Source: Octopus bimaculoides (taxonomy: Eukaryota). Taken from it: 64,000 nt of DNA. The translations under genes and the position numbers were made by a program. The notes beneath the pieces were generated by a model. That model searched no databases. It saw nothing but the letters and a program-made list of their open reading frames with translations, and was not told the origin of the DNA. Shown piece by piece: positions 11,700-23,880 of this stretch. The DNA lies in contig NC_068997.1 in assembly GCF_001194135.2 (NCBI RefSeq), positions 39,191,504 through 39,255,503 on the forward strand, given 5' to 3'. Every line of letters starts with the position of its first letter. Position 1 is the stretch's first letter.

Positions 11700-13683
11700 C
11701 ATCTGTTACAAAGGCATATCACAGAAAAAAACAGCATAGATACATAACATTGATGGAACTAAATTACTTGGATAATACAATACTCACAAATCATAGTACA
11801 GCAGATAGTTGGAAGTGATTATTTTGGACGATCTTGTGTACTTTGCCTCAGGGATGCCGCGCAAGAATATCTAGCAAAAGTCTCCTGTCATGTTGGGGTT
11901 CCACTTGCCTTGCTAGTTGCTCTCTATCTTAGTAATATCTTGATAGAACCTTTCCGGAGGAAAAAAAGTTGAGGTGGGAATGGAGAAAGAGAATTTTAAT
12001 TGACATTCGGTATCCCATATCCTCATAAGACTGTGACAGCTTCTCGATACACTCTTGGTAATCTAGTGTCCGTGTGTTACCAAGGAAGCCATGGCAGACT
12101 GACTTAAACGCTTCCCGTGCTCTAAGTTCCTTTAAGGTAAGGAGCTTCTCAAAGTCCTTATCCTTCAGCACCTCTCGGACCTGAGTTCCGACGAAGATGC
12201 ACTCTTTGAGTTTTGCAGAACTCAGAGCTGGGAACAGATTGAACAAGTGCACATGACAGCGTGCACAGAGTGCACAAGACAGCGCCATTTTTATCCATGG
12301 CCTTCAGAAATTCTTGATAACCAAGCTTGATATGAAGAGGAGGAAGAAGCACCTTGTTCATATCCACCAGAGGATTTTCTCGAACACTGTGTTTACCAGG
12401 TACGGGTGTGCTCCTAGATCCTCAGTCCTTCTGCTTGTAGTGCTTGGACACAACCCGACTGTCCCAGAAACAGAGAAATCAACAATACTCTGTGAAGCCT
12501 GCTTGCATACCCATAAGGAGCCCAATGACCTTGAGGTCCTCGCAGAGACTCCACTGTTACTAGTTGTACGTGACAGCTTCCAAAGGGAGCTCCATATTGT
12601 CATACGACTTCTTCAGATGGACTGAATAGGCAATGAGAATGCTGGGGTATTTACTCCCATTGTGCAGGAGCACAGCCTTCAGACTTCGCTTGGAAGAGTC
12701 TATGAAAAGCCACCAGTCTGAGGAATTGTGTGGAAAACCAAGAAAGGTGAACAAGCCAGAGACATTTATGTAGTAGTACAACTTGTTTTCAATGTCAAAG
12801 AATGAAGCAAAGTCCTAGTTCCGTGTCCTGAAACTGGTGATCCTCACATCTGCCTTGACTAGGTTCCATTGATTAAGCCGGGGTGCCAGGAGTTCTGACT
12901 ACTGCTTAAATAGATACAAATCACGGGCACAGTCATTCAGGTCTTCCTGCATGATCCAGTGGCACTCATTGCCACTTGCTCCTGAGTCAACAGAGACATT
13001 GTCTTCAGAAGAGATCGACTTGGCACAATCTTCCCTTGAAGGCATTTTTTCATCTGATGAAGGAAAAAATCTTTATTTGCTGGGAGATCATCTGAGTAGG
13101 GAACATGTCTCATAGCTGAGGGAAAGTTGGGATATTTGATCTTTTTTCTAGAAGAAGAATTTAAAACTTATATTTGTTAGATAAAAATAACAATCATCTG
13201 CATAGTTCCATAACTCTCTGTTGAAGGCTGCTTTCTTGCCGTTAGACCATGCAGTTAGTCTATTGTAATAGAGTTTATAACATGTGTAGAGCCTAGGATT
13301 TGTCCTGATCTCCAATTTTACAGTCAAAATAATGAAAGTAAGCAGTTCTCAGGAGGGAAGTAATTGTTTGGTGCTGTGCAACTGTCGTGAAATCTCCCCA
13401 TACGTAGCAGAATGAATTTACCTGGTTGATGCATCCTTGGTGTTCTGAAGTACCTGAAGCCATTGTAGAGATATGTATCATATGTATCACAAAAATCTTG
13501 GAAGCAAAATAAAAATTGATCATATATATATGGTTACACGAATAGTCGCAAAAATCATAATAATGTATATCTCAAAAACTAGAGGTGATGAGTGAAAACT
13601 GGTTTTGTATCTGAAATCAGCATCCCAAAATTAGGCGAGAACAACTATTTTTATGTTCGCCTCAATTTCTCTGCAAGCCAGTG
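11700..13683 (-). mobile_element. Degenerate DNA transposon, probably Chapaev3-like (CMC), with pseudogenised transposase
   Basis: Peptides CINQVNSFCYVWGDFT..AYFHYFDCKIGDQDKS, WWLFIDSSKRSLKAVLLHNG, KVLLPPLHIKLG, KLKECIFVGTQVRE, MSIKILFLHSHLNFF and RFYQDI. The terminus reads CACTGG on the minus strand (ends 13683), flanked by TAA. The family name comes from recalled motif similarity, and the left end is not located. Confidence 0.8.
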
Positions 13684-13978
13684 TAATTTTCATTTCCTTT
13701 TTTGATCATTCCAAGTGCTTTTATAATCACTGGTATTGTAACCGTCTTGAGATGTCACAGTTTTAGATTTTAATCAATAGATCTTTATATTTTCTGAGCT
13801 TATCAAATTCTTTTGCCGAGATATTATGATCACAAGGTATGTTCATGTCAATCAATAAACGGATTTTATTGTTTTGGTCTTTCACAACATAGTCTGGTTT
13901 ATTAGCTTTGATAGACTGATTTGTGTGTACTAGAGAATCCCAAAGAATCGTTACATCTTTTACTTATTATTATTACTA

Positions 13979-14534
13979 TTGAGTGAGAGAGCAGTGCATG
14001 CCATCAAAGTGACACTGGTGTAAACTATACGATGCTCAGTATACCCATCATGACTACCCGTTTGATAGGGGTACACCAGGCACATGCATCACAACTATAT
14101 GTGCGTGACATAGTGATCTCATATCAAGATAAACAGCGCATGACCTTGTAGGTGGGGCCCAGTTAAATTTTTCTTCAGGTCGAGTATCCCATCCTGCTCA
14201 AAAGCTCCCTAAATAAGGGTAGTTTAAAGATGCTGAACAAAATACCCATGTTTCTAAAGGTGAATTATCCAAACCCCAAATAATTCCTCTCAACACATGG
14301 CTATGGTGTTCCACCACCAATTCTGCACGTGATCAGAGATGCACATATCGTTAGCCACCAAGGTACATGCTCAACTGGTTAAGGTCAAGCAACTGACAAA
14401 CAAATTTGTGATATTGAGCAGAATATTTGTTGTAGCCCATCTTTTATACCAAGACAAAACAATGTACATGATGACACTTTCAATCAGTTAAGATCAGAAG
14501 CCATGAGAGCCACTGTCTGATACGGCATCAAGGC

Positions 14535-14535
<1 letters not shown>
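13979..14535. mobile_element. Unclassified interspersed repeat (about 560 bp, family X) inserted in (TAT)n
   Basis: (TAT)n on both sides. 14146-14445 is repeated at 15537-15840 with high similarity by eye. Confidence 0.75.
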
Positions 14536-14579
<44 letters not shown>

Positions 14580-14589
14580 TTTCTGCTTA

Positions 14590-14880
14590 TTACATTTTAT
14601 ATCTCTTTATCCCAGGTTTTGGAGCTCCCGGAGTCTTGCATGCGTAGCGGGCTTACTACCTGTAGCCTACGGTACCATGCTATTCGTTCTTTTCAGCTAT
14701 CTAACACTTTCCTGAGTATTCTGGCCGTGCGAAGGAGGCAAACCTTTTGTAACAGTTCTGCTGGGCACTCTATTCCAATTTCCTTTATATTCCTCTTGAT
14801 GTCTTCTGATACTGTTCCCACGGACCCTACAATAACTGAACCTTCTTTATTTTCCATAGCCTGGCTATTTCGTACATAAG
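14590..14880 (-). mobile_element. 3' end of an R4/Dong-like (REL endonuclease) LINE
   Basis: Minus-strand peptide SVIVGSVGTVSEDIKRNIKEIGIECPAELLQKVCLLRTARILRKVLDS is the typical C-terminus of this group. Its 3' side abuts (TAA)n. Confidence 0.75.
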
Positions 14881-14887
14881 AGGGTTA

Positions 14888-14945
<58 letters not shown>

Positions 14946-15157
14946 CTCGCCTTCTTTCTTGACTATTCGTGGGTTAGAGAGGCATGCAACATCAACTATA
15001 TAGCACATCTGGTGCACCTTCTCCACCACCACTAGATCCAGTCTGTTATGCTCTAGCACCTGATCTGTTTGGATTGGGAAACTCCCAAAAAATTTTATTA
15101 TTATTATTACTATTATTATTTTTATTATTTATTTATTTATTTATTTTTAATATGCAT

Positions 15158-15372
15158 GTGACAGTCACTTGCCGAGACACACTCAGCGTCGTGAGGCGAG
15201 TAAAGGATAAGAGATGTTACAGTATGACTGAGAGCTTGGGGAGGGGAAGTAGCGAAATATCTTCATGTAAAACATCACAGACATTTAAATGGATAGGGAC
15301 TTTCTAAGGATGTGGGCAGTACTTGTCAGTACAATCTTTTGGATTTCTCTGAGACATGGTTCTCCTGGGATC
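15158..15372 (-). mobile_element. Short 3'-terminal copy of the 15841-18045 LINE
   Basis: Near-identical to 15841-16052. Encodes IPGEPCLREIQKIVLTSTAHILRKSLSI* plus 3' UTR, with (TTA)n on both sides. Confidence 0.85.
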
Positions 15373-15536
15373 GTATTATTATTATTATTNNNNNNNNNNN
15401 NNNNNNNNNNNNNNNNNNNNNNNNNNNNNNNNNNNNNNNNNNNNNNNNNNNNNNNNNNNNNNNNNNNNNNNNNNNNNNNNNNNNNNNNNNNNNNNNNNNN
15501 NNNNNNNNNNNNNNNNNNNNNNNNNNNNNNNNNNNN

Positions 15537-15840
15537 GACCTCGCAGGTGGGGCCCAGTTAGAATTTTCTTCATGTCGAGTCGCCCATCCCGCTCAAAAGG
15601 TCCCTGAATAAGGTTTGTTTAAGGATGTTGAGCAAAACACCTATGTTTCCAAAGGTGAATTATTCAAACTCCAAAGAATTCCTCACAACACATGGCTATG
15701 ATGCTCCCCCACTACTTCTGCTCATGATCAATGATGCACATATCATCAGCCACTAAGAGACATGCTAAAGTGGTTAAGGTCAAACAATTGACAAGCAAAT
15801 CCGTGGTATTGAGCAGAATATTTGCTGTAGCCCATGTTTG
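15537..15840. mobile_element. Partial copy of family X repeat
   Basis: Matches 14146-14445. Confidence 0.75.
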
Positions 15841-18045
15841 TTACAGCCTCTTGCCGAGATACACCCAGCGTCTAGAAGCGAGTGAAGGATAAGAGATGTT
15901 ACAGTATGACTGAAAGCTTGGGGATGGGAGGTAGTGAAATATCTTCATGTAAAACAACACAGACATTTAAATGGATAGGGTCTTTCTAAAGATGTGGGCA
16001 GTACTTGTCAGCACAATCTTTTGGATTTCTCTGAGACATGGTTCTCCTGGGATCTTATCTAGATGTTTCTGACATCCCTTTTTTATTATGCCCAGAGCAT
16101 ATACAATAACAGGAACAGTCCTCGTTTTAAGATGCCACGTGATTTGTATTTCGATTTCCAGGTCCTATATTTACTTAGTTTGTCAAATTCCTTTATAGAT
16201 ATATTTTTATCAGTGGGAACACTCACATCTATTAGTGTACAAGTCTTTTCTTCCTTTTCTTTAATAATTATGTCTGGTCGACTAGCCTGGATCGTTCTGT
16301 CAGTGTTGACTGGAAAGTCCCAGAGGATAGTGAAATTTTTACCTTTAATGACTAGCTCAGGACGATGTTCATACCAATAAGCAGGAGTGCTAATCTTTTG
16401 GTGTTTACATATTTTCGAATCTAAATACTGTCCTACCCTATTGTGGTGATTTTATATTGGTTGGTGTCAGCACAGGATACCCCGAGACGAGATGATCTAT
16501 TGTTTCGTCAAATGTGTCGAAAAATCTGCATTTAGGGTTAGAACCGTTTTGAAGAACGTTAGCCTGGTAGCTTTTGTGAGCAAGCTTTGGTCTTGGGCTG
16601 TCAATAGGAAACCTTCAATTTATGCTTTCAGTCCTCAACCTCTCAGTTACTAATGGGTTGTTGATTTATCTACATCAGCATTTCGACTTCGAAGTATATA
16701 CTGTCCATGCAGAGGCCTCTGGATCCATCGCTCCTCAATTTGTTTCTTCCCGTTCTTCTTTGCAGTCTCCTTGATCCATTTCGCTTTGTTTTGTGGCAGT
16801 GGTTTCAGGTTCTTCAACTATTAATTAATATCAATTTCCCCTGCGAATTTGTAAGTTTCCTTGGCAATCGAATGTGACATTTTGCTGCTTTCGTGTTTGC
16901 ACACAAGTCTCAGGTTTCAGTCCTTTGTACTAGATAAGTACCTGTTCATTGCTATTGTGGAGGTCTTATAGCACAGTGCTACCTGCATCATTCCTCCTCT
17001 CCCGTTACTTCTAGGTAGGTACAGACGATCAATATCTGCTTTTGGGTGGTGAATGTTCTTAGAAGTTATTATTTTCTCGTCTACCTGTCCAGGCGTTGGA
17101 GCTCTGTAAGATTCCAGTTAATGATGTTAAAACTTTACTGGACTACTGGAAGTGCTAGGGTGTTAATGGCTTCGATACGATTTTAGAGTTGAGTTCAGTT
17201 CAGTTTTTAGTATGAGTCTTATTCTCCTCTAATATTCTTTTCTTATTTTTGCCTTCATAGTAGCATGTTGTATACCATCTCCGTTTATCCCCAGGTATTT
17301 GCAATATTCTTGTAGGTCAAGCTCCTTGATGGTAGTGTCGGTATCTAATTTAATGGAAGCTGTTTGCCTGAGCTTTCCACTTACAAAAGTTGTTTTAGTA
17401 CACTTATCAATGCGAAAGTCCATCCCGATGTCATTGCTGAATTCTTTAACAGTTGTTAGCAGCCCTACTAGCTCTTCGTCATTTCTAGCAAACAGCCTCA
17501 GATCGTCTATATAAAACAGATGGTTTATTGTGGTATTGTAAACATTGAACCATACCTGGTTTTATTTAGTTCGTTTGAGAGTGGGATCAGTGCCATGTAA
17601 AAGATTAATAGGGAGAGGGAGTCACCTTGAAAGATGCCTCGTTTGATGTTGATGTTAATAGTTTGGCTCATCCCATTATTGTTGTTTAGAAGGAGACGTG
17701 TGTTCCACTTGTCCATGCTACTTTGTAAGAATATGGAGATGACAGAAGAGATCTTATATATTTCAAGAGTTTTGAGTATCCAATTATGTGGGACACTATC
17801 AAACGCTTTCCTGTAGTCTATCCATGCCATACTTTGGTTTTTCTATTTGATCTGGCAATTCTCTACAATCATTTTACTTATGAGTAATTGATCTTTTCAC
17901 TGATAAGAATTCTTTTTACAGCCTTTTTGAGCTTGTAGAAGGATAGATCTCTGTTCAAGGAAAGCGTATATTCTGTCAGTTAATGTGGATATGAGTTTGT
18001 TTTGTGGAGTGACTTCTTAAAGTACGTCTGTTGTATGTTGTTATT
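15841..18045 (-). mobile_element. 5'-truncated R4/Dong-like non-LTR retrotransposon (RT plus REL endonuclease), frameshifted
   Basis: RT motifs WIDYRKAFDSVPH, RGIFQGDSLS, HLFYIDDL and CKYLG. REL region WYEHRPE..ILWDFPVNTDRTIQASRPDIIIKEKEEKTCTLIDVSVP. Confidence 0.92.
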
Positions 18046-18067
18046 CAGCCCGGAGCTGCTGCTGTTG

Positions 18068-18242
18068 CTTCTTCTTCTTCTTCTTCTTCTTCTTCTTCTT
18101 CTTCTTCTTCTTCTTCTTCTTCTTCTTCTTCTTCTTCTTCTTCTTCTTCTTCTTCTTCTTCTTCTTCTTCTTCTTCTTCTTCTTCTTCTTCTTCTTCTTC
18201 TTCTTCTTCTTCTTCTTCTTCTTCTTCTTCTTCTTCTTCTTC
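18068..18242. repeat. Pure (CTT)n/(AAG)n tract of about 58 units
   Basis: Direct reading. Confidence 0.98.
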
Positions 18243-18959
18243 CAGACAATGTAGTGAAAGTAGAGATGTTAAATACTGAACTATTATTGTAGGTAGATGA
18301 ATGTCTATTGTTTGAATGTAACAAGAAACAAAATATTAATATAATTTCATCGAATATATATATTCCTCCTGTGCTAATAAATTAAAGCATACACATGGAA
18401 TGTTGTGCAGAGTTAATCTCTGATAGAGACTGCGGAACTAAGACGCAAGAAAAAAATCAAAATATATAAAATGTTGCTCTTCGAGAAGTATGTACGACAG
18501 AAGTAAATCACGAAAGTACTTAACAAAAGATTGTATGCAGCTTAAATTGCATTAAAAGGCAAATGCGAACCGAAATAGAATGATCCATAAATGCATTTTA
18601 TAAATTTCATTTTGGAAAAAAAATGGTAAAAATATAGGGGTGGTTGTCAGGTATTTATTGGAATTTAGATTAATAATTTTTGGGCAAGGAGATAAGCTTT
18701 TGCATGATGCAATTTCTCCGAGTCCCCAAACGATAACCTTTGTCGCAGAAACTGCTAGCTAAGATTAACTTTATGCAATTTCTACAGAATTTGGTTTTAG
18801 GTGAAATAAGTTCATACAATAACTCGTTACTAGATCATTGATCGCAAAGAATTTTCATGTTATGAAATGATTTTAATATAATTTCATAATACCGTTGTAA
18901 TATGCATTAGCTGATATGTTAATATTATTTAAGCAGTAACAAGAAGAAACATACTTCAG

Positions 18960-19419
18960 GGCAATCAGGTTACCGTGTTTTTGAAGATACAGAGAAAAAG
19001 GTTATATGCTTGTTATATGAGTGTACGACATGGACTCTAGCAAAGCGTCTTGAAAAGAAAATTGACGGATCTTATACAAGAATGCGTCGAACCGCTGTGG
19101 ACATCACCCAGAGACACCCTACGAAAAGACTTCTCGACGATAATTTACCACCAATGTCACACGTCTTCAGAGAAAGAAGAATGATATTCGCTGGACATTA
19201 CTGGAGAGCAAATGATAAGATCATCAACGACGTTCTTTGGGAACCGAAGCATGGGTACGCAATTGTTTGTAGACCACATCGAACCTACATAAAGCAATTT
19301 TGCGAGGACTCCAAATGCACCCGAGGAGACCTACCACATGCAACGGTGGACCGAACGGACGGGAGAGAACGAGTCACGGTAACCCGTGCAATAAGCACAC
19401 GCTGCTGCTGATGATGATG
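18960..19419 (+). mobile_element. RTE-clade LINE 3' fragment
   Basis: LYECTTWTLAKRLEKKIDGSYTRMRR..ERRMIFAGHYWR..VLWEPKHG..RPHRTYI is the RTE C-terminal signature. Short (TGA)n-like tail. Confidence 0.85.
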
Positions 19420-19799
19420 CCTGTGGCAATGACTCAAGGATTCATATACTTGGAAGGATTGTCCTTCTCGGCAGTGAAAACTAAGGTCATAATGCAAGGT
19501 ACTTATTACTTTATTACATAATATAATATGTGTCAACTCAATGAAGCTGAGGGCAATTTTTAAGATAATTGAGCAAACTCTTTCTGGCAATCCTCGAGCA
19601 AAAGTTGCTCTGTGCTTTCAATGCATTTGTAACAATAAAATTATAACCTTCTACAAATGTTCTATTAAGGTCGCCACACGTTTCTACACTTGATAATTTC
19701 TAGTTACATGATAACAGCCCAGTGGATGTACACGTAACAGGGTATCATAAAAATCTTTTCAATCCTTATCACTTTACTCTCTTTTGAAGTTTAATTCAA

Positions 19800-20340
19800 T
19801 GCTTCTACCCTTTAGAAACGACATTTTATCTGACCTAACAGACCATTATATTGCTATTATGGCAGCACCATTCATATCCTCCCTACATCTTCCTTCCTAC
19901 TCCTACCTCTTCCCTCACTTCTCAGTGTTCTTTCCTCACCCTTTTCTCCATTCTATTGTCATCATTTTTTATCTCTTGTGCCACCTTTTTGTCCTTATTT
20001 CTTACCATCAACCTAGTACCTATTTTATCACTATATTTCCCCCCTGCTAGATTAGGATATCTATTTATTTACACCCGTCTGTTAATTTTCACTAATCTAC
20101 ATTATGTATATGTAGGCACAATACATATAAATGCTTCTAATGAACACTGTATCCCAGAAACAGCTGTAAAAACCTACTGGCACTTTCCATTCCCTTCCGA
20201 GTTTTATGATTAGTGATTCCCTGGATTCTTACTTACCTATCTAGATTGAACTTACACAAAAGACTACTCAAGTTTTCCTCTATCTCACCAATGATATTAC
20301 TAAATTTATTAATGTATAAACGACTTGATGTCCACCTTAA
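19800..20340 (+). mobile_element. Possible very old CR1/L2-type LINE ORF2 relic (end of AP endonuclease plus linker)
   Basis: DILSDLTDHYIAI resembles the SDH motif, with a downstream PWIL motif. Heavily decayed. Confidence 0.35.
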
Positions 20341-20380
20341 TTTTATAATACACACATGCACTGACACATTTATAGAAGTG

Positions 20381-20514
20381 CAGGCGCAGTTGTGTTGCAA
20401 GAAATTTGCTTCTCAGTCACATGATTCCACTTCGTAGCACGTTGAGGGATTTCTTCAAATCTAGCACCGTGCTTTGTGAGGGGGTTTTGTACACGGCAAT
20501 TGAAAGAAGCTAGT
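20381..20514 (+). mobile_element. Decayed SINE family B head
   Basis: caggcgcagttgtgttgcaagaaatttgcttc...gctttgtgagggg...gaaagaagc. Confidence 0.6.
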
Positions 20515-21333
20515 AATGTATATAGCTAGTATATATATATATATATATATATNNNNNNNNNNNNNNNNNNNNNNNNNNNNNNNNNNNNNNNNNNNNNNNN
20601 NNNNNNNNNNNNNNNNNNNNNNNNNNNNNNNNNNNNNNNNNNNNNNNNNNNNNNNNNNNNNNNNNNNNNNNNNNNNNNNNNNNNNNNNNNNNNNNNNNNN
20701 NNNNNNNNNNNNNNNNNNNNNNNNNNNNNNNNNNNNNNNNNNNNNNNNNNNNNNNNNNNNNNNNNNNNNNNNNNNNNNNNNNNNNNNNNNNNNNNNNNNN
20801 NNNNNNNNNNNNNNNNNNNNNNNNNNNNNNNNNNNNNNNNNNNNNNNNNNNNNNNNNNNNNNNNNNNNNNNNNNNNNNNNNNNNNNNNNNNNNNNNNNNN
20901 NNNNNNNNNNNNNNNNNNNNNNNNNNNNNNNNNNNNNNNNNNNNNNNNNNNNNNNNNNNNNNNNNNNNNNNNNNNNNNNNNNNNNNNNNNNNNNNNNNNN
21001 NNNNNNNNNNNNNNNNNNNNNNNNNNNNNNNNNNNNNNNNNNNNNNNNNNNNNNNNNNNNNNNNNNNNNNNNNNNNNNNNNNNNNNNNNNNNNNNNNNNN
21101 NNNNNNNNNNNNNNNNNNNNNNNNNNNNNNNNNNNNNNNNNNNNNNNNNNNNNNNNNNNNNNNNNNNNNNNNNNNNNNNNNNNNNNNNNNNNNNNNNNNN
21201 NNNNNNNNNNNNNNNNNNNNNNNNNNNNNNNNNNNNNNNNNNNNNNNNNNNNNNNNNNNNNNNNNNNNNNNNNNNNNNNNNNNNNNNNNNNNNNNNACAC
21301 ATACACACACACACACACACATACACTCTCTCT

Positions 21334-21369
<36 letters not shown>

Positions 21370-21373
21370 CATA

Positions 21374-21541
21374 TATACGATAGGCTTCTTTCAGTTTCCG
21401 TCTACCAAATCCACTCACAAGGCTTTGGTCGGCCCGAGGCTATAGTAGAAGACCCTTGTCCAAGGTGCCACGCAGTGGGAATGAACCCGGAACCATGTGG
21501 TCGGTAGGCAAGCTACTTACCACACAGCCACTCCTGCGCCT
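21374..21541 (-). mobile_element. SINE family B (well preserved)
   Basis: Minus strand aggcgcaggagtggctgtgtggtaagtagc..ccgggttcattcccactgcgtggcaccttggacaag, with clear A/B boxes. Confidence 0.9.
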
Positions 21542-21619
21542 ATTGTGCATTTACAGAAAATACCGAACCGTCTTACATAGCTTACATAGGATGTTGTTTT
21601 TAGGAAATCCCAATAAGTT

Positions 21620-21875
21620 ATGAATACCGAAATTGTGAAGTCATTTACGTATTAACATGAAATTAACTACCCGATAGTAAGAATTCAATAAAGTAGCCCC
21701 GAAAAGGGCTTTAATGTGTTCCCAGTGTATATAGAACTTACAGGAAAAAGATATGTATGCCAAAATTGTGAAGTATGTCACGTAATAACATGTTAATCAG
21801 ATATGTGATAATAACAATTCAAAGTAAATAACTCTGAAAAGGGCTTTTGTGCGTTCCCAGAGAATATTACCCCCA
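21620..21875. repeat. Old tandem duplication, period about 133-135 bp
   Basis: aaattgtgaagt at about 21630 and 21763, and gaaaagggcttt at 21701 and 21836. Confidence 0.7.
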
Positions 21876-22029
21876 GGAGCGCTAGTGTTGAAATAGATTT
21901 ACTATAGATGTAGAAATAAACTGAGATTTAGTTTTACAGTAGGCATACAAATGAATTTGCGTATAGGTTTAAAGATAAAATGACATAGATTATCAACACA
22001 TTTACAACACTTACGAAAACATCAACGCA

Positions 22030-22270
22030 GCTATCAATATGAATTAAGAAAATGTTCCTACATGTAAAAAGCGTGTGACCTGTATGAATACAGTGCAGAT
22101 TGCAATGTTATTGATAGATAAATAGCGATTTCATTTCTGTCTGTTTGTTTGGTTGGTTGTTACATAGAGTACATCGTTATAAAACATTAGCACATCTATC
22201 AATATAAACTATGAGGATGTTCGTACATGTAAACAAGGCGTGACCTTTGTGATGACAGTGCATTTGTCTA
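22030..22270. repeat. Old tandem duplication, period about 165 bp
   Basis: tatcaatat..atgttc.tacatgtaaa..gtgacct..acagtgca at 22032 and 22197. Confidence 0.65.
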
Positions 22271-23844
22271 AAAGCAGAACAGTTCTTCATGCAGCGCTTG
22301 TTAATTGGCTGAAGTGACATGAAAGGCATCGTCATTCATGATATATTCATGAATAAGTCTCTAACCGAAATAAGTGGATCTATTATTTAGGAAAGTATTA
22401 TTTACTTGTTTAAGGGTTGTACTGGGTAAATTGCGAAAATAATTCTAACAATTCAAATATTAAAAAATAAACATACTTGATTTATACCAAATAAAATCAC
22501 TGACCTTGCCTGACAATTTCTTGTAAGAAAGTCCACGTAATGTAGAATGCTTGTTTAATAAATCGAGAAGTATTTATTATACATTTTTCATTTATTATAT
22601 ACAGGAAAATGAATGGGGTATTTCCCTTGGCGGCTAATGGTTATATATGTGAATCCCTTCTAGGGGCCGTAGCCACCCAATTATAGATTTTGCTTCCATC
22701 GAACCAACGTCGAGTATACTTACATCCAGAATAAAAAAAAGAAGCTGTTCACTCCTGCCAGCATGGCTAAAGTGTCAATAATGTCTAGCGGCAATGTTGA
22801 TGCGCAGCTGACGGCATTGACCGTGGAAAATATCACAGACTCGTGTATCCTCGATCCTCTCTGGGTTCCACTGCCAAATGTCCTGCTGGGTGAAATTTCA
22901 CTCCATTGCCTGCTCACACTTCATTTATCGATACAACTCTCCTTGACTTTTCTTACTCCTGCATCATCTCCTGCCTCTCCCTTGTGTTGGTGGTGTCACT
23001 GTGGGTTCTTGTAGTGTTTTCAATTCCTGTCTTGCCCTCTGCCACATTCCCAGGAAGGTCATTGTGTTTCATTCCCTCCACTGCCACTGGAGTGCTTTAG
23101 CTGCCTTGATTACCTTCTATTACCTCACTATTCTCACTGGAATCATTGCTGTACCAGACATTTTGATATCCCTCATATCGGTGTACTGTAGAGGTTCTCT
23201 TACACGTGTTATTATGAATTCCTTCCTGATACGATTGAACAGATTCCGTACATCCCAAACCTGCTTGAAAATGTGAAATGCCCAACCACTTGTAAAGATG
23301 ACAACTCACCATACGCTGTAGTCAGTCACTCGCCTATCGCACCCTAACGCCTAATAAAAAAATGATACATTTAGTGGATGTTACAAAAATATACAACAAT
23401 AGCCAGAAAAAAAAAACTAATAAAATTTGTAAAATGAAATAAGTTTGTACACAACAAGAAGAGGTGAATTTTTACATTTCGCATATGAATCTCTCATTTT
23501 TTCGAAGAGAAACCACTTTTAATAAAAGGCATTACTCTGAGAAGCTTGTGTAGGTATATACAATTATTTGAACTCCATTGGGAAGTATTTGGATTCCATG
23601 TATAGCATTTCACAAACACATACGTTTGTATGTATGTGTCTTTATTTATATTTATATACATACATATGTGTGTGCATGTTTGCGTGTGTCTGCTTCATTA
23701 AAAAACAAGACTATGTTCCACTTCTATCTTTTTTATTACATATTTTCCATATTTTCGTATCAATTTCTAGCAGATATATATGCGTGTATGTATATAGGAA
23801 GTTATAAATATAATAAGCTAATAAATACTACCTATATACATTTA

Positions 23845-23880
<36 letters not shown>

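Noticed and set aside
17980-18324. Poly-Arg, poly-Leu and poly-Ser ORFs
   Set aside because: All three are readings of the (CTT)n tract.
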